Assembly (NCBI GenBank): GCA_021804965.1
Contig: JAJZGG010000001.1
Location: 43,883 to 107,882, forward strand
Reading direction: 5' to 3'
Length of the DNA: 64,000 nt
DNA from: Acidobacteriota bacterium
Lineage (GTDB): Bacteria; Acidobacteriota; Terriglobia; Terriglobales; Acidobacteriaceae
Shown piece by piece: positions 41,772 to 51,528 of this stretch; the stretch's first letter is position 1, and every line of letters starts with the position of its first letter. Position numbers and translations under genes: made by a program. The notes under the pieces are model-generated. The model did not search any database. It was not told the origin of the DNA and saw only the letters and a list, made by a program, of their open reading frames with translations.

Positions 41772-42827
41772 CTACTGAAGACCGGCCATGACCTTCTGCA
41801 GCACGGCGGCCGAGGGCTTGGTGACCGACTCCGGCTGGGTGCCAAGAGGCTGATCGACCAGGTGAAGCAGGTCCGTGAAGCTGGGCTTCTGCGGCTCCAC
41901 ATAGAACAGGCCCGTGAGCACCTCGCCGTTTTCGTGCGCTTCCATCAGGGTGTGTACCGAGGCGACTTTGTTGGTGGGATCATAGTCTTCGCGCAGCTTG
42001 CGCAGGCGAAGATGGGAGCCATCATGCATGGTCACATCGGTGGTGGTGCCTGCATCGTACTCGATGTCGATCTCTTCAAAGCTGGGCACAAAACCAAGCT
42101 CGTTGATCGGTTCATCGTGCTCCTGCATGAACTTGTAGCTCTTGGTCGAGCCTTCATGATCGTTGAAGGTGACGCACGGGCTGATCACGTCCAGCATGAC
42201 CGTACCCTTGTGGGCAATCGCTGCCTTCAGCATGGCAAGCAGTTGCTTCTTGTCGCCGGAGAAGGAGCGACCCACGAAGGTGGCACCCAGCTGGATGGCC
42301 ATGGCGCAGGTGTCGATGGCCGGCAAATCATTGATCACGCCGGTCTTCAGCTTGGAGCCGATATCCGCCGTGGCAGAGAACTGCCCCTTGGTCAGGCCGT
42401 AAACGCCGTTGTCCTCAATGATGTAAATCATCGGCAGGTTGCGGCGCATCATGTGCACAAACTGTCCCATGCCGATGGAGGCCGTGTCGCCGTCACCGGA
42501 GACACCGAGCGCCATCATGGTGTGGTTGGCCAGCACCGCGCCTGTGGCCACCGAAGGCATGCGGCCGTGAACACTGTTGAAGCTGTGCGCACGGCTCAGG
42601 AAGTAAGCCGGGCTTTTGGACGAGCATCCAATGCCGGACAGCTTCATCACGCGCTCCGGCTGAACACCCATCTCAAAGAGAGCATCGATAATGCGCTCGG
42701 AGATGGCGTTGTGGCCGCAGCCGGCGCAGAGCGTTGTCTTGCCGCCGCGATATTCCAGGACGGGAAGTCCGATCCGGTTTACCTTGGGTCCGGGAGTGCC
42801 CGTGGGGGTTGCAGTTGCAGTTGCCAT
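41772..42827 (-). CDS. korB: 2-oxoacid:ferredoxin oxidoreductase beta subunit
   Basis: LCAGCGH, SGIGCSSK, HGR, TPP-binding GDGD, NGVYGLTKGQ.S, ISPCVTFN. Confidence 0.92.
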   Translation of the reverse strand: MATATATPTGTPGPKVNRIGLPVLEYRGGKTTLCAGCGHNAISERIIDALFEMGVQPERVMKLSGIGCSSKSPAYFLSRAHSFNSVHGRMPSVATGAVLANHTMMALGVSGDGDTASIGMGQFVHMMRRNLPMIYIIEDNGVYGLTKGQFSATADIGSKLKTGVINDLPAIDTCAMAIQLGATFVGRSFSGDKKQLLAMLKAAIAHKGTVMLDVISPCVTFNDHEGSTKSYKFMQEHDEPINELGFVPSFEEIDIEYDAGTTTDVTMHDGSHLRLRKLREDYDPTNKVASVHTLMEAHENGEVLTGLFYVEPQKPSFTDLLHLVDQPLGTQPESVTKPSAAVLQKVMAGLQ

Positions 42828-42830
42828 AAA

Positions 42831-44681
42831 TCAGAGGCCCTCCTTGACGACCAGTTCATTGAGAATCGATTCGGCATCGATCGGCAGACCGTTGAAGTGC
42901 AGGATGCTGTGCAGCTTCACGGCCTGATCCGCAGCCAGATCCAGTTTCAGCAGGCTGGCAAGCTGTGCATCGCGATCCTGCTCCACCACATAAATGCGCT
43001 CATGCGAGGCCACAAACTCATGCACGGACTGCGTAAACGGGTAGGCCCGGACACGCATGTAATCCACTTCCACCGCATGCTGCTTTCTGAGTTCATCCAG
43101 CGCTTCCAACACGGCAAAATCGGAGCTTCCGTATGCAATCACGCCCACGGATGCCTTGCCGCTGCCCGTGACCACCGGAGCCGGAACCAGCGTGCGCGCC
43201 GTGTCAAACTTGCGCACCAGCCGATCCATGATCTCCAGGTAGTCTTCCGGCTTTTCCGTGTAGGCTGCCTTGCTGTTATGGCCGGAGCCGCGCGTGAAGT
43301 AGGCGGCCTTCGGATGATCCGTACCGGGCAGGGTGCGGTAGCCGATTCCATCGCCATCCACATCGGCGTAGCGGGCAAAACCGCCCAGCCGGTTCAGGTC
43401 TTCGGCAGTCAGCACCTTGCCGCGATCCAGTGGCTTTTCCGGATAGGTGAACGGATCGGACATCCAGTTATTCATGCCCAGATCGAGATCCGAAAGCACA
43501 AAGACCGGAGTTTGCAGCCGCTCAGCCAGATCGAAGGCGGCATAGCCCAATTCAAAGCACTCCTTGACGGATCCAGGAAGCAGAATCACGTGCTTCGTGT
43601 CGCCGTGCGAAAGGAATGCGGTGGAGAGCAGATCTGCCTGGGAGGTACGCGTGGGCATGCCGGTCGACGGTCCGGTTCGCTGGACATCAAAGATCACGCC
43701 GGGAATCTCCGCAAAGTATCCCAAGCCGCTGAACTCGGCCATGAGCGAAATTCCAGGACCTGAAGTTGCCGTCATCGAACGGGCACCGGCCCATCCGGCA
43801 CCGAGCACCATGCCGATGGCCGCCAGTTCATCCTCGGCCTGCACCACGGCAAAGGTCGCCTTGCCTTCTTCCGTCACGCGGAACTTCTTCAGATATTCGA
43901 TGGTGGCCTCCACCAGCGAGGTGGAGGGGGTGATCGGATACCAGGCAACGACGGTGACACCGGCAAACACCGCACCCAGACCGGCGGCAGAGTTGCCGTC
44001 GATGATGATCTTGCCGGCCGTTGCATTCATGCGTTCGATCAGGAACGGGTCCTGCTTGGACAGATGCTCGGCGGCATAGTCGGCACCGGCGCGCACAGCG
44101 CCAAAGTTGAGGTCCAGTGCCTTTTGCTTTTTGGCAAACTGCTTGGCCAGGGCTGCTTCCACGCTGGACATCTCAATCTGCAGCAGGTGAGCCACCACGC
44201 CAACGTAGACCATGTTCTTCACCAGCTTGCGCAGGCGAGCTTCCGGGCAGACCGCAGCCGTGATCTTGTCAAACGGAACCGGGTAGCAAACCACATCCTG
44301 CCGATACTGGCTCAGGTTCAGCGACTCATCATAGATGGCCACCGAGCCGGCATGCAGTCCCAGGATGTCTTCCCGTGCAGTCTCGGCATTCATGGCCACC
44401 AGAATGTCAATCTTCTTGCGCCGTGCCACATAGCCGTCCTTGCTGGCACGAATCGTGAACCAGGTGGGCAGGCCTGCGATGTTCGAGGGGAAAAGGTTTT
44501 TGCCGCTTACCGGAACGCCCATGTTGAAGATGCTCTTCAGCAGGACGCTGTTGGCGGACTGGGAACCGGAACCGTTGACGGTTGCCACTTGAATGCTGAA
44601 GTCATTCACGACGCGCTGCTGCGCATCGACTACTGCCGAGTTGCTCTGCTCATGACCCAGAGCAAGGTCTCCTGTCGCCAT
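42831..44681 (-). CDS. korA: 2-oxoacid:acceptor oxidoreductase alpha subunit
   Basis: NGSGSQSAN, FPSNIAGLPTW, YPITPST, QAEDELAA, TSGPG.SLM.E, R.GPSTGMPT. Confidence 0.92.
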   Translation of the reverse strand: MATGDLALGHEQSNSAVVDAQQRVVNDFSIQVATVNGSGSQSANSVLLKSIFNMGVPVSGKNLFPSNIAGLPTWFTIRASKDGYVARRKKIDILVAMNAETAREDILGLHAGSVAIYDESLNLSQYRQDVVCYPVPFDKITAAVCPEARLRKLVKNMVYVGVVAHLLQIEMSSVEAALAKQFAKKQKALDLNFGAVRAGADYAAEHLSKQDPFLIERMNATAGKIIIDGNSAAGLGAVFAGVTVVAWYPITPSTSLVEATIEYLKKFRVTEEGKATFAVVQAEDELAAIGMVLGAGWAGARSMTATSGPGISLMAEFSGLGYFAEIPGVIFDVQRTGPSTGMPTRTSQADLLSTAFLSHGDTKHVILLPGSVKECFELGYAAFDLAERLQTPVFVLSDLDLGMNNWMSDPFTYPEKPLDRGKVLTAEDLNRLGGFARYADVDGDGIGYRTLPGTDHPKAAYFTRGSGHNSKAAYTEKPEDYLEIMDRLVRKFDTARTLVPAPVVTGSGKASVGVIAYGSSDFAVLEALDELRKQHAVEVDYMRVRAYPFTQSVHEFVASHERIYVVEQDRDAQLASLLKLDLAADQAVKLHSILHFNGLPIDAESILNELVVKEGL

Positions 44682-44979
44682 GTGGCGGGATTCCCTTCGC
44701 GATGAATTTTCCGGGAAAGATTGCTGATGTTCGTACCTGTTTCCAGCAATGCTTCCACTCCACCCACGATTATAGCGATTTGGCAGCAACTCGTGCCGGG
44801 CGCAGACGCGGGAATTCCCGCATTGCAATAGGATGGAAACCAGAGTCCAAACCTGAAAGGCACGATGCCCTCAACGGGAATGTGCCAATCGAGTTTCCCA
44901 TCCACTCCCTTTGGCTTCGCGCCCGCCACCCCGCACAGCGAGCGAGCAGCCGTCGGCATCCGGGAAGTTGCGCAGGCAA

Positions 44980-46050
44980 TCAGCTGCGAATCGTCGCCAT
45001 TCCGGCTTCGATCTCCAGCCGGGTGGCCGCATCCAGCGCCAGCAACGGAGAGCGGGCGCGGCCGCCATAATAGCCATTCCAGTCGCAGGCATATTTCACC
45101 CCGGCCACGCCCAGGCGATTGCCCACAAAGGCCGCCGCATCCGCTATGCGCAATTGCTTGGCCAGGGCAAGAGCTTCATCGTGCTCCTTCCAGGCGGAGT
45201 AAATCTCCTGGCAGGCCTGGGGTGCGCAGGCAGCAAAGGCAAGCACGGCACCGGAGGCACCGGCATCCAGAGACTCCTTCAGGTTGCCGACCGATCCGGT
45301 CAGCACCTGGAATCCCACTTCGCGGGTGCGGGTCTTCAGCGCCGGAGCTGCCACTGCCGGGGCCACCACGGCCGGAGCAGCCACTCCAACGGCCAGGCTC
45401 TCGGCTGGAATCAGCCCTTCGCCGCCGGAGACCGGAACGGGCCGCAGCATGCGCGCCGTCACCGCTTCAAAGATCGTGGTCACCGTCACCGTGCGGCGCG
45501 GCGCCAGGCGCGTTGCCTGCACCAGCTCGCGAATCCGGTCAACGCTGCCGCTGGATTCCTTGATGCCCCAGATATTGGGATGTGAGGAAAGCTCCGCCAC
45601 CACTTCCAGCGGAATCTCAAACTCGGTGAAGCGGGGAATCGAATAAAGCAGAACGGGCAGCGGCGATCGATCCGCAATCATGCGAAAGAACTGCAGCTGT
45701 GCGGCCGGCGTCAGCTGCGGCCGGTAATAGGCCGGGTTACGCACCAGCACGGCATCGTAATCGAGTGCAGCCGCCTGCTCCACCATTTCCATCGTGGCCG
45801 CCACGCTCTCCCGTCCCACGCCGGCAATCAGCACCTTTTCCGGGGCAGCCGTTTCCGCAGCCACCCGAAGCACGGCGCGGGATTCCTCATCGGTCAGCGA
45901 GACAGCCTCGCCGGTGGAGCCGAGGACGACCATCCCGGCCAGCAGGGTGCGCGAGTAGCGCACAATATTATGCTCCAGCTTGCGCAAATAGAGCCGTTCA
46001 TCGGGATAAAACGGGGTGGTTACTGCCGCAAAGACGCCGTCGAGTAGCAT
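44980..46050 (-). CDS. dihydrodipicolinate synthase family protein (class I aldolase)
   Basis: TTPF, GSTGE, PAYY, LLYSIP, Schiff-base GIKESSG; internal insertion. Confidence 0.88.
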   Translation of the reverse strand: MLLDGVFAAVTTPFYPDERLYLRKLEHNIVRYSRTLLAGMVVLGSTGEAVSLTDEESRAVLRVAAETAAPEKVLIAGVGRESVAATMEMVEQAAALDYDAVLVRNPAYYRPQLTPAAQLQFFRMIADRSPLPVLLYSIPRFTEFEIPLEVVAELSSHPNIWGIKESSGSVDRIRELVQATRLAPRRTVTVTTIFEAVTARMLRPVPVSGGEGLIPAESLAVGVAAPAVVAPAVAAPALKTRTREVGFQVLTGSVGNLKESLDAGASGAVLAFAACAPQACQEIYSAWKEHDEALALAKQLRIADAAAFVGNRLGVAGVKYACDWNGYYGGRARSPLLALDAATRLEIEAGMATIRS

Positions 46051-46250
46051 GTCTTCATTGTAGGCGGTTCCCGCAGCAAATGTCTGGACTGCGGCGCTGC
46101 ACCTGCAATCCCCTTTGGCGGCCTGCAATCGGTGTGATCCGGATTTCGGCGGATTCGCCATGCGCGGTGCTGCGTTTCCTGCTTTGCTGCCGGGACGTGA
46201 TCCCGTACACTCATGCTGAGCGGGAAAAACGCTAAAGTGCGGGGAATGGA

Positions 46251-46775
46251 ATGCTCTACGACGACGAAGCACTGCCGACCATGGAGAACGAGGACGAAGA
46301 CCCCGTCGTCGAGGTTGCGCCCGAAGTCATTGCCGATATTCCCAATCAGGCCTTCTGGACGCTGATCCATACCCTGATTGCGCTCGGAGCGTGGGTGGCC
46401 ATGTTTATCCTGATCTCCCTGTTTCATCCCGGCTATATTCCCGTGCCCATCACCACGGCGCTTTCCTTCACCATTCCATTCCTGGTCGGCAATATCTTTA
46501 CCCGATTTCGACCCAATGAAATGGCTCCCGCCATGTGGCTTGTCGGCGTCATCTGGTTCCTGAGCATTACGCTCTGGGTACTGGACCTTCCCACCGGTCC
46601 CAACGAGTGCCTGCACTGCGACGCATCCCAGAAGCTGCTACTGACTTTCTTCAGCATCAATCAGGACAGCGGACTCATCGACGGACAGGGACGCCTGATC
46701 GGAACCTGGCCCATGATTGCCCTGATCGGCTATGCGCTCGGCTCTGCTGCAGTGCTGCGCCGGCGCAAACGCTAG
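46251..46775 (+). CDS. hypothetical membrane protein
   Basis: Acidic N-terminus, about 4 TM helices, loop with CLHC; fills the gap between flanking genes. Confidence 0.7.
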   Translation: MLYDDEALPTMENEDEDPVVEVAPEVIADIPNQAFWTLIHTLIALGAWVAMFILISLFHPGYIPVPITTALSFTIPFLVGNIFTRFRPNEMAPAMWLVGVIWFLSITLWVLDLPTGPNECLHCDASQKLLLTFFSINQDSGLIDGQGRLIGTWPMIALIGYALGSAAVLRRRKR

Positions 46776-46855
46776 GCAGCGCCCGCCGCAAAGCGTGCCG
46801 CATCGATGGAATGCATCTGCGATCCTGCCCGCACGGCTTCGGGCGTTCCCCGCCG

Positions 46856-49800
46856 TCAGTCCTGCGGGGAGACGCCCTGCACCTGGAACGAGTACTGTCC
46901 AGCCTGCAGCAGGATGGAAACCCTGCCTGTTGCCGAGGGCTGCCTGGCTGGCTGAACGGTGATGCCGCTTGTCTGGTCAGCCGCAACGGCCTGCAATGTT
47001 TTTCCGTTGATCCGGTACTGCTTCATCTCCGTCGGACTCAGCTCCAGTTTGCCGCTGGTGTTGGCCGGCAGTGTGATCGTCCAGAGTGCCGTTCCATGGC
47101 TGATCGACCAGGCCGAATGAATCTCCCCGTACGGGGAGGCGTAGCGGAGATCCAGGCTGCCCAGCCGCTGGGAAAACACCGGATGCAGCAGCACCGTATG
47201 GAAGCCGGCATCCATCGGAGTGGCATCCACTCCGGCCGCGTAGCGATAGATCCAGTCCGCCACGGCACCGTAGGCGTAGTGGTTATAGCTGTTCATGCTC
47301 GGATCGCCCTTCATCTGGTCGCCATTCCAGCGCTCCCACATCGTGGTGGCACCGTGATCCACAAGATAGCCCCAGGACGGATACTGCGTGTTCAGCAGCA
47401 GATGATAGGCAAGATCCGCATGGCCATTGTCTGCCAGCACGGCCAGCAGATAGGGCGTGCCCAGGAAGCCGGTGCCAAGCAGATCATGATTGGCGTGAAT
47501 TTTGGCAACCAGATGGTCGGCAACGCGCGCGCGCATTGTGTCCGGCACCAGATGCATCGCCAGCGTCAGCACATAGCCCGTCTGCGTGTCGGCACCGCGG
47601 GCAACCAGCCCCGGATTGTTGACCGCCATTCCCGAACCATGGGGGCTGGCACCGGCCACAAAGCCGTCCTCATGCACAAAGGCTGCCTGATATGCCGCGC
47701 GAATCTTCCCGAAGAGCTCCGCATAGTGCTGCTCGGCATCGGACTTTCCCAGGGCATGTGCCATCTGCTCCATCCGCGTCACGTCATAGGCCCAGTATGC
47801 GGTGGCCACGAGCGGGAATCGCGTCGGGCCCTCCGGTGAAAGCCAATCCCCGAAGGCAATGCCGGCGTTGTTCTTCCACAGAAAATCCGGGTTCGTCCGC
47901 TCAATCGCATCCAGGTATCGCGTCATCGCGGTCCAGTTCTGCTGCAGGATGGAGGTGTCTCCGGTCTGCACCCACGATGTCCACGGAATGATAATTCCGG
48001 CATCGCTCCAGCCTGCTCCGGATTGCGCCGATGTACTGGTCACTCCCGGGGCAAAGATGCCGTAGATATCCCTTGCCACCGGGGTTCCCGCCGCACTGCC
48101 CAGCTGCGTTCCGCGCAGGTCCCGGGCAAACTTGCGGGAGAAGGATGCAATCTGCATGTTGTAGCTGGCTGCACGCCAGAAGACCTGGGCATCCGCCGCC
48201 CATCCCAGCCGCTCATCCCGCTGTGGACAATCCGTGGGCACGCCCACAAAGTTGGATCGCTGTCCCCACAGGATATTGCTCCAGAGCTTCTGAAGCATCG
48301 GGCTTGCGGTTCTCAACCGGACGCTGAAGGGCGCATCCGTATGGAAGACAACCGCAGTGACCGACTCCAGCGGAAGCTGTGACTGTGCACCGGTGATCTC
48401 CAGATAGCGAAAGCCATGGAAGGTATAGCGTGGTTGAACGATTTCGGTTCCGTTACCGTTGAGCACGAAGGTGTCTGTGGACTTTGCCGTTCGCAGATTG
48501 TCGGTGTAGAGCGTGCCATCCGGATTCACGATCTCACCGGTACGAACCTGCACCGTGCTTCCGCGGGTTCCATGCAGAGCCAGGCGCTCCACGCCGGAGA
48601 AGTTCTGCCCGAAGTCATAGATGTAAACGCCGGGCTTCGGCTCTGTCACCGATTGCGCCCGCAGCATCTGTTCGATCCGGATGGGTTGAAAATTCTGCGC
48701 CACCACCCGCACACCGTTGAGGGACGGCTCATGCACCTCCGCCGGATGCCAGCGGGCATCTTCGACGAAGGCCGGCGTCTGCCAGCCCGGCATCTCCATC
48801 CGGGCATCCTGCGCTTCGCCGTCATAGATCTCCGAGGTCAGGATCGAGGACTGCGCCGCCTTCCAGGATGCGTCCGTCACCACCCAGGCGTCGGTGCCGT
48901 TGGCAAATTGGAGATGCAGCATGGCGGCAACCGAGGGTGGGGTCAGCCCATAGTTATTCGGCTGCTGGAACCATTGCAGCGGCGTTTCATACCAGCCGGG
49001 TGCAACTTCCGCAGCCAGGACATTGCGACCCTGCACCAGATCTGCCGTCACGTCATAGCTCTGGTAGACGAGCCGCTCGCGATAGTCCGTCCAGCCGGGG
49101 GCAAGAATCTCGTTGCCTGCGCGATGCCCATTGATCCAGAAGGTATAGGCACCGAGCGCGGTGGCATAGAGCCGGGCCGAGACAATGGGCTCATGTACGG
49201 AAAATGCATGGCGAAGAATCTTCACCGTCTCTGTCGGCCATGGCTTGTGGATGGGCTCATCCATGCGTCGTGCTGCCTCGGTTCCGGCAAAGAGAATTGC
49301 CGGCTTCCAGGCTGCAGCAGCCGTGGCGGAGGCATCGATTCCAGCTGATGCACGCACCTGCCATTCTCCGGACTGTCCGGTGACGTGGCTGGTTGTGGTG
49401 CCCTGTGCGTCGGTCACCAGCAGTGTCGCACTCATCGGAGCAGGGAACTGCTCTGTCGGCTGGCTCTGCGGAGAAACATAACGGACCGTCTCAATCACCA
49501 GCTGATTGCTGCCCGCATGCACTGCGGAGGAAATCTCCAGCCGCTGGTATTTTCTCCAGGGAAATTGGTGCCATGGGGGCATGGCTGCAGCCTGCGCAAT
49601 GGCGTGCCCATTCACCCATACCGCAACCGTATCCTCACCGGCCACGAACAACACTGCGCTGTGGATCGCATGGGACGCCGCGAAGGAGTAGCGATAGGTC
49701 AGGGTCTCCTGCGTTGCGTTGGCAGGCAGCAGCACCTTTGCCTCCGGTGAAGTTATCCAGGCGGCATTGGCGGCACGCAGTTCGCGTTCCTCCCCGGTCT

Positions 49801-50296
49801 GCCATCCAATCCATTGCACGTCATGCTGCCGGGCCACGTCGCGCGGATGCATCAATCCGGTCTCCCACCAGGTGGGCTGGCTGGGTGCAAGCGGATTGCC
49901 ATCCTTGTCCCAGATCTGCACGCGCCACCAGTAGCGAGACATGGGTTTGAGCGCAGGTCCCGAGTAGGCAACGCCCACCGACAGGCCGCCGGAAACCCGC
50001 CCCGAATCCCAGAGATCGGCCTTGCCTTGACGCAGATTGATTTCGCTCGATGCAATCTGGATGCGGTATGCCGTCTGTCGGGCGCCCATGCGCGTGTCCT
50101 GCAACTGCCAGGAAAAATGCGGCAAGGCATCATCCAGCCCCAGCGGGGTTTGCAGATCATCCGTCTGCAGCCGATCCACAACCGCACCATAGGTCGTGAG
50201 GGGTGCTGCAGCCAGACCGGTGGAAGCAGGGAACAGCGTCATCATCAGACAAAGGACTTGTAGCAGAGAATTCCTGCAGCGGGTGTTCATCAGCAT
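46856..50296 (-). CDS. secreted alpha-L-rhamnosidase (GH78)
   Basis: Signal peptide; LAPGWTDY, DFGQN, TFHGFRY, PTDCPQRDERLGW..D, GATTMWERW, MNSYNHYAYG. Confidence 0.93.
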   Translation of the reverse strand: MLMNTRCRNSLLQVLCLMMTLFPASTGLAAAPLTTYGAVVDRLQTDDLQTPLGLDDALPHFSWQLQDTRMGARQTAYRIQIASSEINLRQGKADLWDSGRVSGGLSVGVAYSGPALKPMSRYWWRVQIWDKDGNPLAPSQPTWWETGLMHPRDVARQHDVQWIGWQTGEERELRAANAAWITSPEAKVLLPANATQETLTYRYSFAASHAIHSAVLFVAGEDTVAVWVNGHAIAQAAAMPPWHQFPWRKYQRLEISSAVHAGSNQLVIETVRYVSPQSQPTEQFPAPMSATLLVTDAQGTTTSHVTGQSGEWQVRASAGIDASATAAAAWKPAILFAGTEAARRMDEPIHKPWPTETVKILRHAFSVHEPIVSARLYATALGAYTFWINGHRAGNEILAPGWTDYRERLVYQSYDVTADLVQGRNVLAAEVAPGWYETPLQWFQQPNNYGLTPPSVAAMLHLQFANGTDAWVVTDASWKAAQSSILTSEIYDGEAQDARMEMPGWQTPAFVEDARWHPAEVHEPSLNGVRVVAQNFQPIRIEQMLRAQSVTEPKPGVYIYDFGQNFSGVERLALHGTRGSTVQVRTGEIVNPDGTLYTDNLRTAKSTDTFVLNGNGTEIVQPRYTFHGFRYLEITGAQSQLPLESVTAVVFHTDAPFSVRLRTASPMLQKLWSNILWGQRSNFVGVPTDCPQRDERLGWAADAQVFWRAASYNMQIASFSRKFARDLRGTQLGSAAGTPVARDIYGIFAPGVTSTSAQSGAGWSDAGIIIPWTSWVQTGDTSILQQNWTAMTRYLDAIERTNPDFLWKNNAGIAFGDWLSPEGPTRFPLVATAYWAYDVTRMEQMAHALGKSDAEQHYAELFGKIRAAYQAAFVHEDGFVAGASPHGSGMAVNNPGLVARGADTQTGYVLTLAMHLVPDTMRARVADHLVAKIHANHDLLGTGFLGTPYLLAVLADNGHADLAYHLLLNTQYPSWGYLVDHGATTMWERWNGDQMKGDPSMNSYNHYAYGAVADWIYRYAAGVDATPMDAGFHTVLLHPVFSQRLGSLDLRYASPYGEIHSAWSISHGTALWTITLPANTSGKLELSPTEMKQYRINGKTLQAVAADQTSGITVQPARQPSATGRVSILLQAGQYSFQVQGVSPQD

Positions 50297-50719
50297 GCCC
50301 TTCTCAATCCCGGATTGATTTCCGTGTGGACTTTTGTGAGCGAGTGGCTCGATTTGAAGAGTGACGGATGTCTGGCTCTGGCATGGCCGTCCGCTCAGCC
50401 AGCAAGATCCCAAGCTGGCTGGTGATGTCCTGCATCCGTCCAGAACCGTAATGGTTATGCCGGTGATGCATTCCGGCAAGACCGCCATTGTAGCGCAGAA
50501 GGTGTTGCATCCACCCTGCCGTTGCAGGGAGCATGGAGTTGCGCCGCTTGAGCCGAAAAAGTGTGACTCCTCGAAAAGGTTGCATGGAAGCTGGGTGCAG
50601 CTTTACTTTCCCTTGCCCCATGAGGATCGGATTTTCGTGACAAATCTCACCTTCCACAGATTCTGGCTGTGCATGATCCGAACTCGATCATCGGCGCTGC
50701 AGAACGATATGATGACGGC

Positions 50720-51421
50720 ATGAAGGTCCAAGCCGGACAAACACTGCTTCTGGATGCGGATGACACGCTTTGGGAAAACAACATTTACTTTGAGCGCGCC
50801 ATTGCTGCATTTATCAGCTTCCTGGATCACAAGACGCATGATGCGCAGCAGGTCCGCGCCGTGCTGAACCACAAGGAACGGGATTCGATCGCTGCCATGG
50901 GCTACGGCCTCCGGAGCTTCACCCATTCGCTGGTCTGCTGCTACGAGTCTTTGAGCGAATCCAAGGCCACGCCGCTGGTGGAGGAGCGGATTCGCAGCTT
51001 TGCCCAGACCATCGCCGATCAGGAGATCGAGCTGATGCCGGGAGTTGGCGAACTGCTGCCGCAGCTGGCCGAACGGCATCGTCTGATTCTGATGACCAAG
51101 GGGTTTGCCCCTGAGCAGGCCGGCAAGCTGGAGCGGAGCGGGCTGACACAATATTTCTCTGCCGTTGAAATTGTGCCGGAAAAAGATGTTCCCGCCTATC
51201 ACACCGTGACCGCCCGGCATCTGTGTCCCTCGGGGCAAACCTGGATGATCGGCAACAGCCCGAAGTCGGATATCAACCCTGCGCTCGCTGCCGGCCTGCA
51301 CGCCGTCTTTCTGGTCCACAAGGACACCTGGGTGCTGGAGCATGCCGAGCTGAGCGCGCCACCCGCAGGGCAGCATTTGCTGGAGCTGGATTCCTTCTGG
51401 GGATTGGCCGAGCACTTCTAA
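50720..51421 (+). CDS. HAD family hydrolase
   Basis: DADDTLWENN (motif I), TKG, EK, MIGNSPKSDI. Confidence 0.88.
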   Translation: MKVQAGQTLLLDADDTLWENNIYFERAIAAFISFLDHKTHDAQQVRAVLNHKERDSIAAMGYGLRSFTHSLVCCYESLSESKATPLVEERIRSFAQTIADQEIELMPGVGELLPQLAERHRLILMTKGFAPEQAGKLERSGLTQYFSAVEIVPEKDVPAYHTVTARHLCPSGQTWMIGNSPKSDINPALAAGLHAVFLVHKDTWVLEHAELSAPPAGQHLLELDSFWGLAEHF

Positions 51422-51528
51422 AATATCCCCAACGCAGGATATGATGCCTGTGTTACCAGCACTGCGGTTGCGCGTGATCCAGGCAGTGCTTCGCTTTCGC
51501 ACTCTTACGACCTGCATGGGAGTTACAG

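Noticed and set aside
50636-50651. CRP-like site CGTGA-N6-TCACC between the GH78 and HAD genes
   Set aside because: Single degenerate match with no supporting promoter geometry; could be chance
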